The position numbers and the translations under genes were made by a program. From positions 2,740-66,739 of the forward strand of contig CAZYLV010000004.1 of the NCBI GenBank assembly GCA_964648865.1: a stretch of 64,000 bases of DNA, in the 5' to 3' direction. Positions 37,861 to 48,322 of the stretch are shown in pieces. Each line of letters begins with the position of its first letter. The first letter of the stretch is position 1. The DNA comes from an uncultured Gammaproteobacteria bacterium (GTDB lineage Bacteria > Patescibacteriota > Patescibacteriia > 2-12-FULL-57-11). The notes under the pieces are model-generated. The model did not search any database and was not told the DNA's origin. It saw only the letters and a program-made list of their open reading frames with translations.

Positions 37861-39318
37861 TTACGGCCCGGCGGGCATGTCGTGGTTGTACCAGTAGAGC
37901 CAGCCGGAGGTCTCGTCGATCTCCGCCGGGTCGATCGTCGCCGGATCGGTCGGCACGACGACGTATCCGCTCGTCCAGCCCAAGTCGACCTCGCACGAGC
38001 CGCTGTAGTCGCGACGGAACACGCTGTACGACGAGCACAGCAGTCCGCCCCAGGCGAAGCGCACGGACGGGTCCGTGCCGATGTCCCGGATCGTCCACTG
38101 GCGGTCGGCGACGCCGTAGCGGCGCACGCCCGTCGCGAGGTCCACCCAGCTGACCATCGTCCCGGGACGGGCACCGACCTGCTCGACCGTCGCCGTGAGG
38201 CGCGCGGCCGCGTAGGTCTCGTCCGGGACGACCACCGCGTTGGCGCAGATGGTGTACGGATGCCATCGCGGGTCCGGCGGGAACCGGAACCAGTCGATGA
38301 ACTCGCGCATGGAGCGGAACTCGAAGATCCTCTGGGGGATTTCGAGATCCGTCCCGTAGCGGAGCGTCGGGTCGCTGACCGTGCGGAAGAGCCCGCTCGG
38401 CCGCGCATCCGGGCTGGCCGCGTACCAGGGCTCCGGCCCGCGCACCACACCCTCGCAGCGCGGGGTGCCGCCACCCGGGTCCTCGGCCAGACGCAGCAGG
38501 CCGTGCTCCGGTACGTCGATGTACCGGCCGACCTGCGGACAACCGATGAAGTTCGTGCCGCTCTCGGCGTCCGCGACGCTTCCGATGGGAAGCGCCCACT
38601 GCAGCGCGCGGCTGCGGTAGACCTCGGGATCGGCGAACGTGATGTAGATGACCACGTCCTCCGTGTACCAGGTGCTGCCGTCGGTCGGCGGTGCGACAGG
38701 GACGGCGATGCCGTCCGTGGCGAGCGCCTCGGCGGTCACGTCCTGGACGAGGACCGGCGGAAGCCGGACGTCGTCCACATGCACGCGAATCCGGAAGAGA
38801 TCGTCCGGGTCGCCGGCCCGCAGCTCGGGCCGGATGCGCAGGGTACGGACGTCCGTGGGGCCGAACAGCTCGACCCACAGGAAGTAACCGTCCTCGTTCC
38901 ACGGCTCACGCTCGCCCGTGCACCGCGTGTAGGGCATGGCCGCGTACGTGCCACCCTCCGGGACGACGCTCTCGCAGGACAGCGGCTGCTCGCAGAACGA
39001 GAGCAGGTCCTGGTAGTCCCGCGGATCACGGGGCGCCTCGACCTCACGCGTGTGGTGGCAGTCGCCGCCTTCGCAGGCGTCGACCGTCTCCGCGTCGCCG
39101 TCGTCGCAGTCGGCCACGCTCGTGCACAGGCCGGCCTCGACGGTCCGTTCGTGGTTGCAGAAGCCGGAGTCGGCCTCGCACCAGTCGAGCGTCTGGTCAT
39201 CGCGGTCGTCGCATTCGGCGTCCGCCTCGCAGCCGACCATCTCGTGGATGATCTCGATCCGCTCCGTGGAACAGGCCGAAATCAGCGCGGCGCTCACCGC
39301 ACACAGAAGCATCCGCAT
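37861..39318 (-). CDS. lipoprotein (485 aa) with N-terminal Cys/Asp-rich repeats and a large C-terminal domain of unknown function
   Basis: Start at the in-frame M44 (ATG preceded by AAGGAGGA); the ORF track extends to 39447. Lipobox LISAC. Repeats CEADAECDDRDD, CDDGDAETVDAC. Confidence 0.6.
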   Translation of the reverse strand: MRMLLCAVSAALISACSTERIEIIHEMVGCEADAECDDRDDQTLDWCEADSGFCNHERTVEAGLCTSVADCDDGDAETVDACEGGDCHHTREVEAPRDPRDYQDLLSFCEQPLSCESVVPEGGTYAAMPYTRCTGEREPWNEDGYFLWVELFGPTDVRTLRIRPELRAGDPDDLFRIRVHVDDVRLPPVLVQDVTAEALATDGIAVPVAPPTDGSTWYTEDVVIYITFADPEVYRSRALQWALPIGSVADAESGTNFIGCPQVGRYIDVPEHGLLRLAEDPGGGTPRCEGVVRGPEPWYAASPDARPSGLFRTVSDPTLRYGTDLEIPQRIFEFRSMREFIDWFRFPPDPRWHPYTICANAVVVPDETYAAARLTATVEQVGARPGTMVSWVDLATGVRRYGVADRQWTIRDIGTDPSVRFAWGGLLCSSYSVFRRDYSGSCEVDLGWTSGYVVVPTDPATIDPAEIDETSGWLYWYNHDMPAGP

Positions 39319-39450
39319 CGCTTTCCTCCTTGTTGTACAGAACTGCCGATGACTTGAGGGCGTTTCCCACCGTGGGAAGCGCTCTCGAGAAATCGGGGGA
39401 GGTCGCCGTCGAGCCGGGCTCGACGGACGCCTCCCCGAGAGGCGCACGGA
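39319..39450 (-). repeat. family-B structured intergenic repeat, copy B2
   Basis: ggggagg-tcgcc-gtcgagc-cgg-gctcgac-ggacg-cctcccc plus a second hairpin gcgtttccc-accgt-gggaagcgc and a shared cgatgacttgagg segment. About 85% identical to B3. Confidence 0.55.
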
Positions 39451-40053
39451 CTACGGGCCATCCGCGTCGAGGAGGTTGTCCACCTCGCGCAGCAGGTCCT
39501 CCGGCGCCATCGTCCCGTCGAGATCGATGACGCCCGGCAGGAAGCGCGTGGGCAGCACGTGCACGCGGTGCTGACGGTCGCTCGTCGGCGCGTAGGCCCG
39601 CACCTCCGCCTCGGTCTTCCGTCGTCCCTCGCGGATGTCTCGAGGGATGCGACGCGCGAGCCGCTCCTCGTCCGTGAGGTGGATGTAGAACTTCCGCGCG
39701 GAGAGCGGAGCCTCCACGTGCAGCGCCAGCGCCCCCTCGAGGACGACCATCGGGGCCGGGGCGATGACCTCGATGCCGCTCGGCTCCGACGTGCGCATGT
39801 CGTAGACCGGCACCTCGGCGGACGCGCCGGCCGCGAGCGTCCGGAGAGCCACGGCGCAGCACTCGAGGTCGATGGCCCGCGGGTCGATCCACTCGTAGGG
39901 CTCACCGCGCGCCTCCGCCGCCTGCTTGTGGCGCAGTCCGCGGTACCAGCGGTCCAAGGTGACGACCGTCGCACCGAACCGCTTGGCCATGAGGGCCGCG
40001 AGCGTCGTCTTGCCGCAGCCGGCGCCGCCGGCCAGGATGACGATGTCTGTCAC
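39451..40053 (-). CDS. uridine kinase / phosphoribulokinase-family P-loop kinase
   Basis: GTG 40053 preceded by AGGAAGGAGAG; the ORF track extends to 40461 through an Arg-rich artefact. ILAGGAGCGKTTLA Walker A motif; about 200 aa. Confidence 0.7.
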   Translation of the reverse strand: MTDIVILAGGAGCGKTTLAALMAKRFGATVVTLDRWYRGLRHKQAAEARGEPYEWIDPRAIDLECCAVALRTLAAGASAEVPVYDMRTSEPSGIEVIAPAPMVVLEGALALHVEAPLSARKFYIHLTDEERLARRIPRDIREGRRKTEAEVRAYAPTSDRQHRVHVLPTRFLPGVIDLDGTMAPEDLLREVDNLLDADGP

Positions 40054-40175
40054 TGTGCTCTCCTTCCTGGGAATACGTCGATGACTTGAGGACGTTTCCC
40101 TTGTGGGGAACCGCACTCGAGAAATCGGGGGAGGACGCCGGTCGAGCTGGGCTCGACAGACGCCTCCCCGCCTCC
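40054..40175 (-). repeat. family-B structured intergenic repeat, copy B3
   Basis: ggggagg...gtcgagc-tgg-gctcgac...cctcccc (40128-40169) plus the hairpin cgtttccc-ttgtg-gggaaccg. Confidence 0.55.
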
Positions 40176-40382
40176 TCACTTGCCCTTGATGGCCTTGCCC
40201 AGCGCTGCGATGGCGCGACCGAGCAGGATGAAGGGCCAGCCGAAGATCCACCGCACGATGCGCATGTAGAAGCGCATCACCGCGGTGCTCCAGGCGTCTC
40301 CGCCCAGGATGTTGGCCACCCCGGCGGACATGACCACGGTCAAGAGCAGGATACCGAGCACCGGTCCGACCAGCTGTTCCAT
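40176..40382 (-). CDS. small two-TM membrane protein (68 aa)
   Basis: ATG 40382 preceded by GGGAGG. Sequence MEQLVGPVLGILLLTVVMSAGV...WIFGWPFILLGRAIAALG. Confidence 0.4.
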   Translation of the reverse strand: MEQLVGPVLGILLLTVVMSAGVANILGGDAWSTAVMRFYMRIVRWIFGWPFILLGRAIAALGKAIKGK

Positions 40383-40593
40383 CACGTCCTCCCGTCGCCC
40401 TCCGGAAGAGAGCGGCGGCAGGAAGCGACAACGCGGCCGGCCGGTCACCTGTGCGGGCCATGGGAAAGCACGGGTGACGCGGCGCGACCGCGCGGTTCGG
40501 GCCAGACTGGGCCTGCAGCTCTCCCCAGAGACGCGGTTCCCAAAGAACGGCCCAAGATAACGGAAAAGCCGGGTCGTGTCAACCCGGCTTCCC

Positions 40594-42402
<1,809 letters not shown>

Positions 42403-42480
42403 AAGCGGAGCGCGGGGAGCATACGCGCTCCCGCCGGGAAAATCAAGAGCGGCCCCGTTGGGGGTCGCTCTTGTGCTTGG

Positions 42481-42981
42481 TTAGCGGGGGTAGACCTCGA
42501 GGGTCACGTACTTGATGCCCCAGCGCTTGGCCTCCTCGCGCGTCTCCATCCAGATGTCGGCGCGATACCGGTACCGGGCGTTCATGCGGTCCTCGACGAT
42601 GAAGATCTTGTCGCCGTAGATCTCGGGGATCTTCACGCGAGTGCCGATGGGCAGGAAGTTGGCCGCCAGCACGCCGTCGCGGACATGGGTGCCCGACGCG
42701 GTGATGAACGGCGTGTCATCGGTCTGGTCCGGGGTGGACGAGTAGGCCGTGACCGGCACGTTCTTGTAGACCTTCTTCCCGGGCGCGTCGGCCGCGGGGG
42801 CGAAGGTGTCCTGGTCCGGCTGCGCCTGAGGAAGCTCGGCGGCGAAGGCCGTCTTCACCAGGATGTCCCCGGCGGCCGTCGCCTCGGCCTTGGCGGCCGT
42901 CGCGGAGACGTCCGTCATGAGCCCGGCCAGCACGAGACAAGCCACGAGCTGCAGGCTGATTTTGCGGGAAGTCTGGATCAT
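42481..42981 (-). CDS. 3D-domain (MltA-like) secreted protein
   Basis: ATG 42981 chosen (signal-peptide-like MIQTSRKISLQLVACLVLAGL). C-terminal 3D domain ...GTRVKIPEIYGDKIFIVEDRMNARYRYRADIWMETREEAKRWG. Confidence 0.65.
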   Translation of the reverse strand: MIQTSRKISLQLVACLVLAGLMTDVSATAAKAEATAAGDILVKTAFAAELPQAQPDQDTFAPAADAPGKKVYKNVPVTAYSSTPDQTDDTPFITASGTHVRDGVLAANFLPIGTRVKIPEIYGDKIFIVEDRMNARYRYRADIWMETREEAKRWGIKYVTLEVYPR

Positions 42982-43228
42982 AGGGTCGGTTGCCGCTTCT
43001 GGCAGCAAACGCGAGACCCTATCACAAACCGCGGGTTTTGTCAACCCTGCGACCCCGCCGGGGAGATCGAATTCCTGGTAGCCGAAGACGATGCGGGCCA
43101 TAGAAAAACGGGGCCTGCTGCCCCGCGAAATCAAGCCGTTTCGCGACTCGTGGACACCTGGAATCTGCGGGCAAGAGCATACCCCGCCCCGGCGGACCTG
43201 TCGAGCCTGGTATCCACAGGCGAATTCG

Positions 43229-43780
43229 CTAAGGACGTTCTTGGTCGGTTTCCCATTCGCGTGGATTGTTTGCGATGTATGCGCGGATGGCATGGAGGTG
43301 GCGTTCGGACCGGATGATGCGTTCGTGGTAATTGCGTTGCCATATCGGTAAACCAAACGTGTCGCCGATCCTACTGATTCTGTGGGTCGTTATGGCCTTG
43401 AACGTACGTACCAATTCGCCCAGGTCCGGGGCGTCATAAATGTCGCCCCTACGACCGATGAAACGCCGTTGTCCGTAGGGGCGTGATTCATCACGCCCAG
43501 GTCCAGCCGGATCGGGAATCCACATGACGACACCATGGACATGATTGGGCATGACAACCCATGAATCGGGGATGGTCGGAAACCGATCCGACAGACGGCG
43601 CCACGTTTCATCCACGATCCGCCCGGCATCATTCAATCGCATTTCCCCGTCAACGACGTCGCCAAACAGGCATTCCCGGTGTTTGACCACGACCGTCACG
43701 AAATACGCGCCGGGAGAAGCGTAATCGAAACCGGGCAGGCGGATGGAGCGTCGCCGGTGGGTGTCCGGGTTGAAGGGCAT
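43229..43780 (-). mobile_element. REP-associated tyrosine transposase (RAYT; IS200/IS605 TnpA-like HUH Y1 transposase), apparently intact
   Basis: 183 aa with AYFVTVVV, the HUH motif MPNHVHGVV and the C-terminal WQRNYHERIIRSERHLHAIRAYIANNP (catalytic-Tyr region). Confidence 0.75.
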
Positions 43781-43885
43781 GCTTCTAGCCTACGCCCAGC
43801 AGCGATGCGCCGAAATGTCAAGGTGCCCACGCTTATTGACCTTCAAAGAAGGAACGGCTATAGTTCTCGCCGTATTCCGAAAAAC

Positions 43886-43961
43886 GCAGCGGTCGCTCAG
43901 CTGGTCGAGCCGGGGCCTCTTAAGCCCAGGGCCCTGGGTGCGATCCCCAGCCGCGGCACCA
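43886..43961 (+). tRNA. tRNA-Lys(CTT)-like gene with atypical features; possibly a pseudogene or tRNA-like element
   Basis: 76 nt with the cloverleaf foldable by hand. Acceptor stem gcagcgg/ccgcggc has one A-G mismatch. D-arm gctc/gagc with GG. Anticodon loop ctCTTaa. T-arm ctggg-tgcgatc-cccag has G55 instead of U. CCA is encoded, and a plus-strand terminator follows. Confidence 0.4.
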
Positions 43962-43995
43962 ACCGGCGCCCCCGTCAGTGGGCGCCTTTTCGATT
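43962..43995 (+). terminator. intrinsic terminator downstream of the tRNA-Lys-like gene
   Basis: ggcgccc-ccgtcagtg-ggcgcc followed by ttttcg. Confidence 0.5.
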
Positions 43996-44000
43996 CCCTT

Positions 44001-44426
44001 CTACTTCCGCAGCCTCTTCAGGAGCATCGCGTCGAGCGACCAGGCGCCCGGGCCGTGCAGGAAGACGAGCAGGGAGGCCGCGGCGAGCAGCAGCTCGAAC
44101 TCGTAGCCCATATAGCTGGAGAGCCCCTTGGCCGCCAGGATGGCCACGGCCATGTTGATGACGAACGCCGCGCCCCAGACGCGGGACAGCAGCCCGATGA
44201 CGAGGAGCGCACCGCCGACCGTCTCGACCACGCCGACGAACGGCGCGAAGAAGGCGGGCGCGGGGATGCCGATCTTCTCGAAGAAGCCGACGGTCATCGC
44301 CGTGTTCTGGAGTTTGGGCAGGCCGTGCACGAGGAAGGTGACGCCGACGGTGGCGCGCAGGGCGAGGAGCCCGAGCGCCGCGGTCCATGGTCGCCTGAGC
44401 TGCGGGGGATCGATGAGCGTCTTCAT
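44001..44426 (-). CDS. DoxX-family membrane protein
   Basis: 141 aa with four TM helices and the DoxX pattern (GLPKL...GALLVIGLL). Confidence 0.8.
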   Translation of the reverse strand: MKTLIDPPQLRRPWTAALGLLALRATVGVTFLVHGLPKLQNTAMTVGFFEKIGIPAPAFFAPFVGVVETVGGALLVIGLLSRVWGAAFVINMAVAILAAKGLSSYMGYEFELLLAAASLLVFLHGPGAWSLDAMLLKRLRK

Positions 44427-44519
44427 AAGTGATGGTGTTTCGTCCAGTGTAGCGGTTTTCCGGGAACGAAAAAAGCGGCGACTCTCCCCGGTCGCCGCCT
44501 GCCTGCCTGTCGCGGGCGC

Positions 44520-45713
44520 TCAGCGGATGGCGAGCTCCGCGCCCACGAAGGGGTCGAACGTCAACGGCGAGATGATGACGCGCCGCCGCTTGTCCTTGAA
44601 CGGCTTGTCGACGTGGCCGTGTCCGACCACCTCGATGCCGTGGCTCGTCGCGAGCCTGCGGACACGCTTGACGTCCTTCTCCGGGAGGATGAGCGCATAG
44701 CCCGCCCCCATGTTGTAGTTCGCGTACATGTCCCGCTCGGGGACCTTGCCGTGCCGCTGGATGAAGCGGAACACCGGCTGCGGCGTGGGGATCCCGTCGA
44801 CCACGTAGGTGAAGGGTTTCCGCAGACGCATCAGCTTGCGCCAGCCGTGGCCCGTGACGTTGATCCCGTAGTGGATGTCCACGCCGGCCTCGAGCAGGTC
44901 CTGGACCAGGTCCGTGTAGATCACGGTCGGCGCCAGCAGCGCCTCGCCGAAGCATGAGCCGTCGTCGAGCCGGGCCAGGTAGCCGTCGCGCGTCTTCTCG
45001 GCGATCTCGCGCGCCAGCGTCAGCCCGTTGGCATGGATGCCCGAGGATGACAGCAGTACGATGGCGTCGCCCGCCGCGACGTCGCAGCGGATGACGCGCT
45101 TCTTGTCCGCGATGCCGTAGGCGGCGCCGGAGAGCTCCACCGTGTCGGGCGCGATGATGCCTTTGAGGATGGGCGTCTCGCCGCAACCCCAGGCGGCCCG
45201 GGCCAATGTGCAGCCCTTGGCCACGCCCCGGGCGTACTCGATGCAGCGTTCCTCGTCCGCGAACCATCCGCCGCTGCCGGCCGCCAGGTGCATGCCGACG
45301 ACGAGCGGGGCGACGCCCAGGGTAGCCATGTCGTTGACGATCATGGCGACGACGTCCTGTCCGATGGCGCGCCAGTGCGCCGCGGTCCGCAGGCCGGATC
45401 GCCCGAGCGCGGACGCGACGGCAGCCTTGTCGGCCAGGGCCAACGCGCGGCCCAGTCCGTCGACGACCAGGTTCTTGGTGCCCAGGCCCTCGACGACGAA
45501 GCCGAGGTAGTGGCCGTGCCCCTTGACGAGGTGCACGCTCTCCCCGCGGCTCCAGGCCACGTCCTCGTAGCCGAAGCGTCCCAGGTTCTTGGCGTGCGCC
45601 AGCGTGCCCAAGGCCTCCTTCATGAAGAGCACCTTGGCGGGATCGACGTCGTCGTAATCGACCCCCGCCTGTGCGTACGCGTCCTTCTTCTGCGGTTCCG
45701 AATCTCCTGCCAT
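44520..45713 (-). CDS. AIR-synthase-related (PurM-like superfamily) protein
   Basis: ATG 45713 preceded by GGAGGAG; the ORF runs to TTG 45731. N-terminal ...YAQAGVDYDD... and a PurM-like N/C domain pattern. The exact enzyme is not assigned. Confidence 0.6.
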   Translation of the reverse strand: MAGDSEPQKKDAYAQAGVDYDDVDPAKVLFMKEALGTLAHAKNLGRFGYEDVAWSRGESVHLVKGHGHYLGFVVEGLGTKNLVVDGLGRALALADKAAVASALGRSGLRTAAHWRAIGQDVVAMIVNDMATLGVAPLVVGMHLAAGSGGWFADEERCIEYARGVAKGCTLARAAWGCGETPILKGIIAPDTVELSGAAYGIADKKRVIRCDVAAGDAIVLLSSSGIHANGLTLAREIAEKTRDGYLARLDDGSCFGEALLAPTVIYTDLVQDLLEAGVDIHYGINVTGHGWRKLMRLRKPFTYVVDGIPTPQPVFRFIQRHGKVPERDMYANYNMGAGYALILPEKDVKRVRRLATSHGIEVVGHGHVDKPFKDKRRRVIISPLTFDPFVGAELAIR

Positions 45714-45771
45714 GCGCTCCTCCGCGCGCAACCTTGCCAGAGCTCGAGAAAACGCACAATATGGAGCGCAT

Positions 45772-45846
45772 GCGCCCCTAGCTCAACGGATAGAGCTCCG
45801 GTCTTCGGAACCGGCGATGGGGGTTCGATTCCCTCGGGGCGCACCA
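45772..45846 (+). tRNA. tRNA-Arg (anticodon TCG)
   Basis: Acceptor gcgcccc/ggggcgc. D-arm gctc/gagc. Anticodon stem ccggt/accgg with loop ctTCGga. T-arm ggggg-ttcgatt-ccctc. Discriminator A and encoded CCA. Confidence 0.85.
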
Positions 45847-45867
45847 GCGCTCCGCAACATCTTCCCT

Positions 45868-46518
45868 ATGCCCCCAAAGAAGACCGCCAAGCTCGAGAAG
45901 GCCCTGGCCTGCAAGGTCGTCCGCCATCCGCATGAGTTCCTGCGCGAGCTCCTCAACCTGCGCAACGAGCATCCCGAGCGCGAGCCCGAGATCGACCGCA
46001 AGATCCGCGAGACCTTCGAGTGCGAGCGCGCCCCGTTCATCCTGGACATGTCCGGCTTCTCGCGGACCGTCATCAAGCACGGCATCATCCACTACCTGGC
46101 GATGATCCGCCGCATGGTCAACGTGGCCATGCCCGCCATCACGGACAACAAAGGCGAGCTGGTGAAGCAGGAAGCCGACAACATCTTCGCCGTCTTCGCG
46201 GACCCGACGGACGCCGTGCACGCCGCCCAGGACGTCATCCGCGGGCTGGACGCGCTCAACACCGTGTTGCCGGACGAGAAGGACATCTACGTCTCCATCG
46301 GCATCGGGTACGGCGACATCCTGCTCGTCCCCGGCGAGGACTACTTCGGCAACGAGCTCAACCAGGCCTCCAAGCTCGGCGAGGACATCGCCGAGAAGGG
46401 CGAAGTGCTGCTCACCGAAGCTGCGCACGCCAAGATCACGGATCCCGACCTGAAATTCGAGAAGGTCGGCGCCTCCATCTCCGGCGTCAACCTCAAGTAC
46501 TACCGGCTCAAGAAGTGA
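45868..46518 (+). CDS. stand-alone adenylate/guanylate-cyclase-like (class III nucleotide cyclase) catalytic-domain protein, 216 aa
   Basis: ATG at M53 of the track ORF, 22 nt after the tRNA. Motifs FILDMSGFS, NIFAVFADPTDAVHAAQDV and SIGIGYGDILLVPGEDYFGNELNQASKLGE resemble the cyclase core. Confidence 0.55.
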   Translation: MPPKKTAKLEKALACKVVRHPHEFLRELLNLRNEHPEREPEIDRKIRETFECERAPFILDMSGFSRTVIKHGIIHYLAMIRRMVNVAMPAITDNKGELVKQEADNIFAVFADPTDAVHAAQDVIRGLDALNTVLPDEKDIYVSIGIGYGDILLVPGEDYFGNELNQASKLGEDIAEKGEVLLTEAAHAKITDPDLKFEKVGASISGVNLKYYRLKK

Positions 46519-46560
46519 ACAAAAAACGCCCCCACTCAGCAGGGGCGTTTTTGGTTCAGC
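46519..46560. terminator. bidirectional intrinsic terminator between the cyclase-like gene and the convergent pilT
   Basis: aaaaacgcccc-cactcagc-aggggcgttttt. Confidence 0.6.
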
Positions 46561-47620
46561 CGTTGGTGCGCTCCTTTGGCCGGACGACGAGCGTCTCGGC
46601 GGCATCCTGCGTGATGAGCCCTTGGGCCACCAGCCGCTTGAGGTCCTGCGCCAGGGTGGACATGCCGTACTTGGCGTTGGTCTGGATGGTCGTGTCGATC
46701 TGGGCGGATTTGCCCTCCCGGATGAGGTTGGCGATGGCCGGGACGCTGAGCATCACCTCGCGCGCCGCGATGCGCCCGCCGCCGCGCTTGGGCAACAGCT
46801 GCTGGGTGACCACGGCCCGCAGCACCGAGGCCAGCTGCACGCGGATCTGGTCCTGCTGATAGGGCGGGAAGACGTCGATGACGCGCTCGATGGTCGTGGC
46901 CGCGCTGTAGGTGTGCAGCGTCGCGAAGACGAGGTGCCCGGTCTCGGCGAGGGTCAGCGTGGTGGCGATGGTCTCGAGGTCGCGCATCTCGCCGACCATG
47001 ATGACGTCCGGGTCCTGACGCAGCAGGTGCTTGAGCCCCTCGGCGAAGCTGCGCATGTCGTCGCCCAACTGGCGCTGGCGGATGAGGGACTTCCCGGGAG
47101 GGAACAGGAACTCGATGGGATCCTCGAGGGTGATGATGTTGGCCGCGGTGCGGTCGTTGATGAGGTTGATGAGCGTGGCCAGCGTCGTCGATTTTCCGGA
47201 GCCGGTAGGTCCGGTGACGAGGATCAGCCCATGCGGGAGCTTGGTCAGGTCGGCCACGGCCTGCGGCAGGGAGAGCTCGGCGACGCTCGGGATCTTGACC
47301 GGCACGAGGCGCGCGGCCAGGCCGTATGCCCCTTTCTCCTTGTGGACGTTGACGCGGAAGCGCGCGCCCGCCGTGGTGTAGGCGGTGTCGAGCTCGAGGT
47401 CGGCCTCGAAGCGCGCCAACTGCTCTTTGGTGAGCATGGCCTCCACCAGCTGGCGGATGGCGACGGCGGACAGCGGCTTGGCGCCCTTGGCCGGAGCGAG
47501 CACGCCGTCGACGCGCAGCGTGGGCGGCTGGTCCGCGACGAGGTGCAGGTCGGAGGCCTTGGCGGCGACGGCCGTGGCGAACAGCGCGTCGGCGGCGGCC
47601 TTGGCGCGGGGGGCGGGCAT
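46556..47620 (-). CDS. pilT: type IV pilus retraction ATPase PilT
   Basis: 354 aa with Walker A GPTGSGKST, Asp box, Walker B and the PilT-specific region. Confidence 0.9.
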   Translation of the reverse strand: MPAPRAKAAADALFATAVAAKASDLHLVADQPPTLRVDGVLAPAKGAKPLSAVAIRQLVEAMLTKEQLARFEADLELDTAYTTAGARFRVNVHKEKGAYGLAARLVPVKIPSVAELSLPQAVADLTKLPHGLILVTGPTGSGKSTTLATLINLINDRTAANIITLEDPIEFLFPPGKSLIRQRQLGDDMRSFAEGLKHLLRQDPDVIMVGEMRDLETIATTLTLAETGHLVFATLHTYSAATTIERVIDVFPPYQQDQIRVQLASVLRAVVTQQLLPKRGGGRIAAREVMLSVPAIANLIREGKSAQIDTTIQTNAKYGMSTLAQDLKRLVAQGLITQDAAETLVVRPKERTNG

Positions 47621-47632
47621 AGCTCGCCTATT

Positions 47633-48322
47633 CTACCATCCTTTGACGGCGATGGCCTGCTCGGCCGCGGCCACTTGGGCCTCCTGCTTGCTCGTGCCCT
47701 CGCCTTTGGCGACGAGCTGGTCGCCGAGGAACACGCCTACCACGAAGCGCTTGGCGTGGTCCGGGCCGGTCTCCTCGAGCACGCGATAGCTCGGCGTCAC
47801 GCCGAGACGCTCCTGGGCCGCCTCCTGGAAGCGGCTCTTGGGATCGACATACAGCTGATGTTCCAGGATGTAGGGCAGGCGCGAGAGCAGCGTCCGACCG
47901 ATGAAGTCGCGGCAGGACTCCATCCCCTGGTCGAGATACAGCGCGCCGACGACGGCCTCGTAGGCGTTGGCCAGGATCTGCAGGCGCGCCTTGGAGCCGG
48001 TGTCCTTGGCTTCGCCGCGGGAGAGGTACAGATGCCGTTCGACGTCGAGCGCGCGGGTCACCTCCCCGAGCATCGTGGCGTTGACCAGCGCGGAGCGCCA
48101 GGTCGTGAGTTCGCCTTCGGGGTTGGGATAGTTCCGGTAGAGGTGTTCGGTGACGACGAGCTCGAGCACCGCATCGCCCAGGAACTCCAGCCGCTCGTTG
48201 TGGTCGAGCGGGAAGTCGGGGTGCTCGTTGAGGTAGGAACGGTGGACGAGGGCCTGACGGAGCAGCTCCGCGTCGCGGAAGGTCGCGCCGAGGGACTGCT
48301 GGAGGACGTCGAGATCGGTCAT
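47633..48322 (-). CDS. rnc: ribonuclease III
   Basis: 229 aa with the [12 protein letters not shown] signature and a C-terminal dsRBD. Confidence 0.92.
   Translation of the reverse strand: MTDLDVLQQSLGATFRDAELLRQALVHRSYLNEHPDFPLDHNERLEFLGDAVLELVVTEHLYRNYPNPEGELTTWRSALVNATMLGEVTRALDVERHLYLSRGEAKDTGSKARLQILANAYEAVVGALYLDQGMESCRDFIGRTLLSRLPYILEHQLYVDPKSRFQEAAQERLGVTPSYRVLEETGPDHAKRFVVGVFLGDQLVAKGEGTSKQEAQVAAAEQAIAVKGW

Noticed and set aside
43962-44000. Second tRNA after the tRNA-Lys-like gene (ttcgattccc T-loop-like string)
   Set aside because: Flanking sequence cannot form T-stem or acceptor pairing. It is the terminator hairpin plus spacer.
45868-46518. Complete Pycsar or CBASS-type defence system around the orphan cyclase
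   Set aside because: No adjacent effector (cNMP-binding, TIR or TM effector) or CD-NTase partner. The flanks are tRNA-Arg and a terminator followed by convergent pilT.
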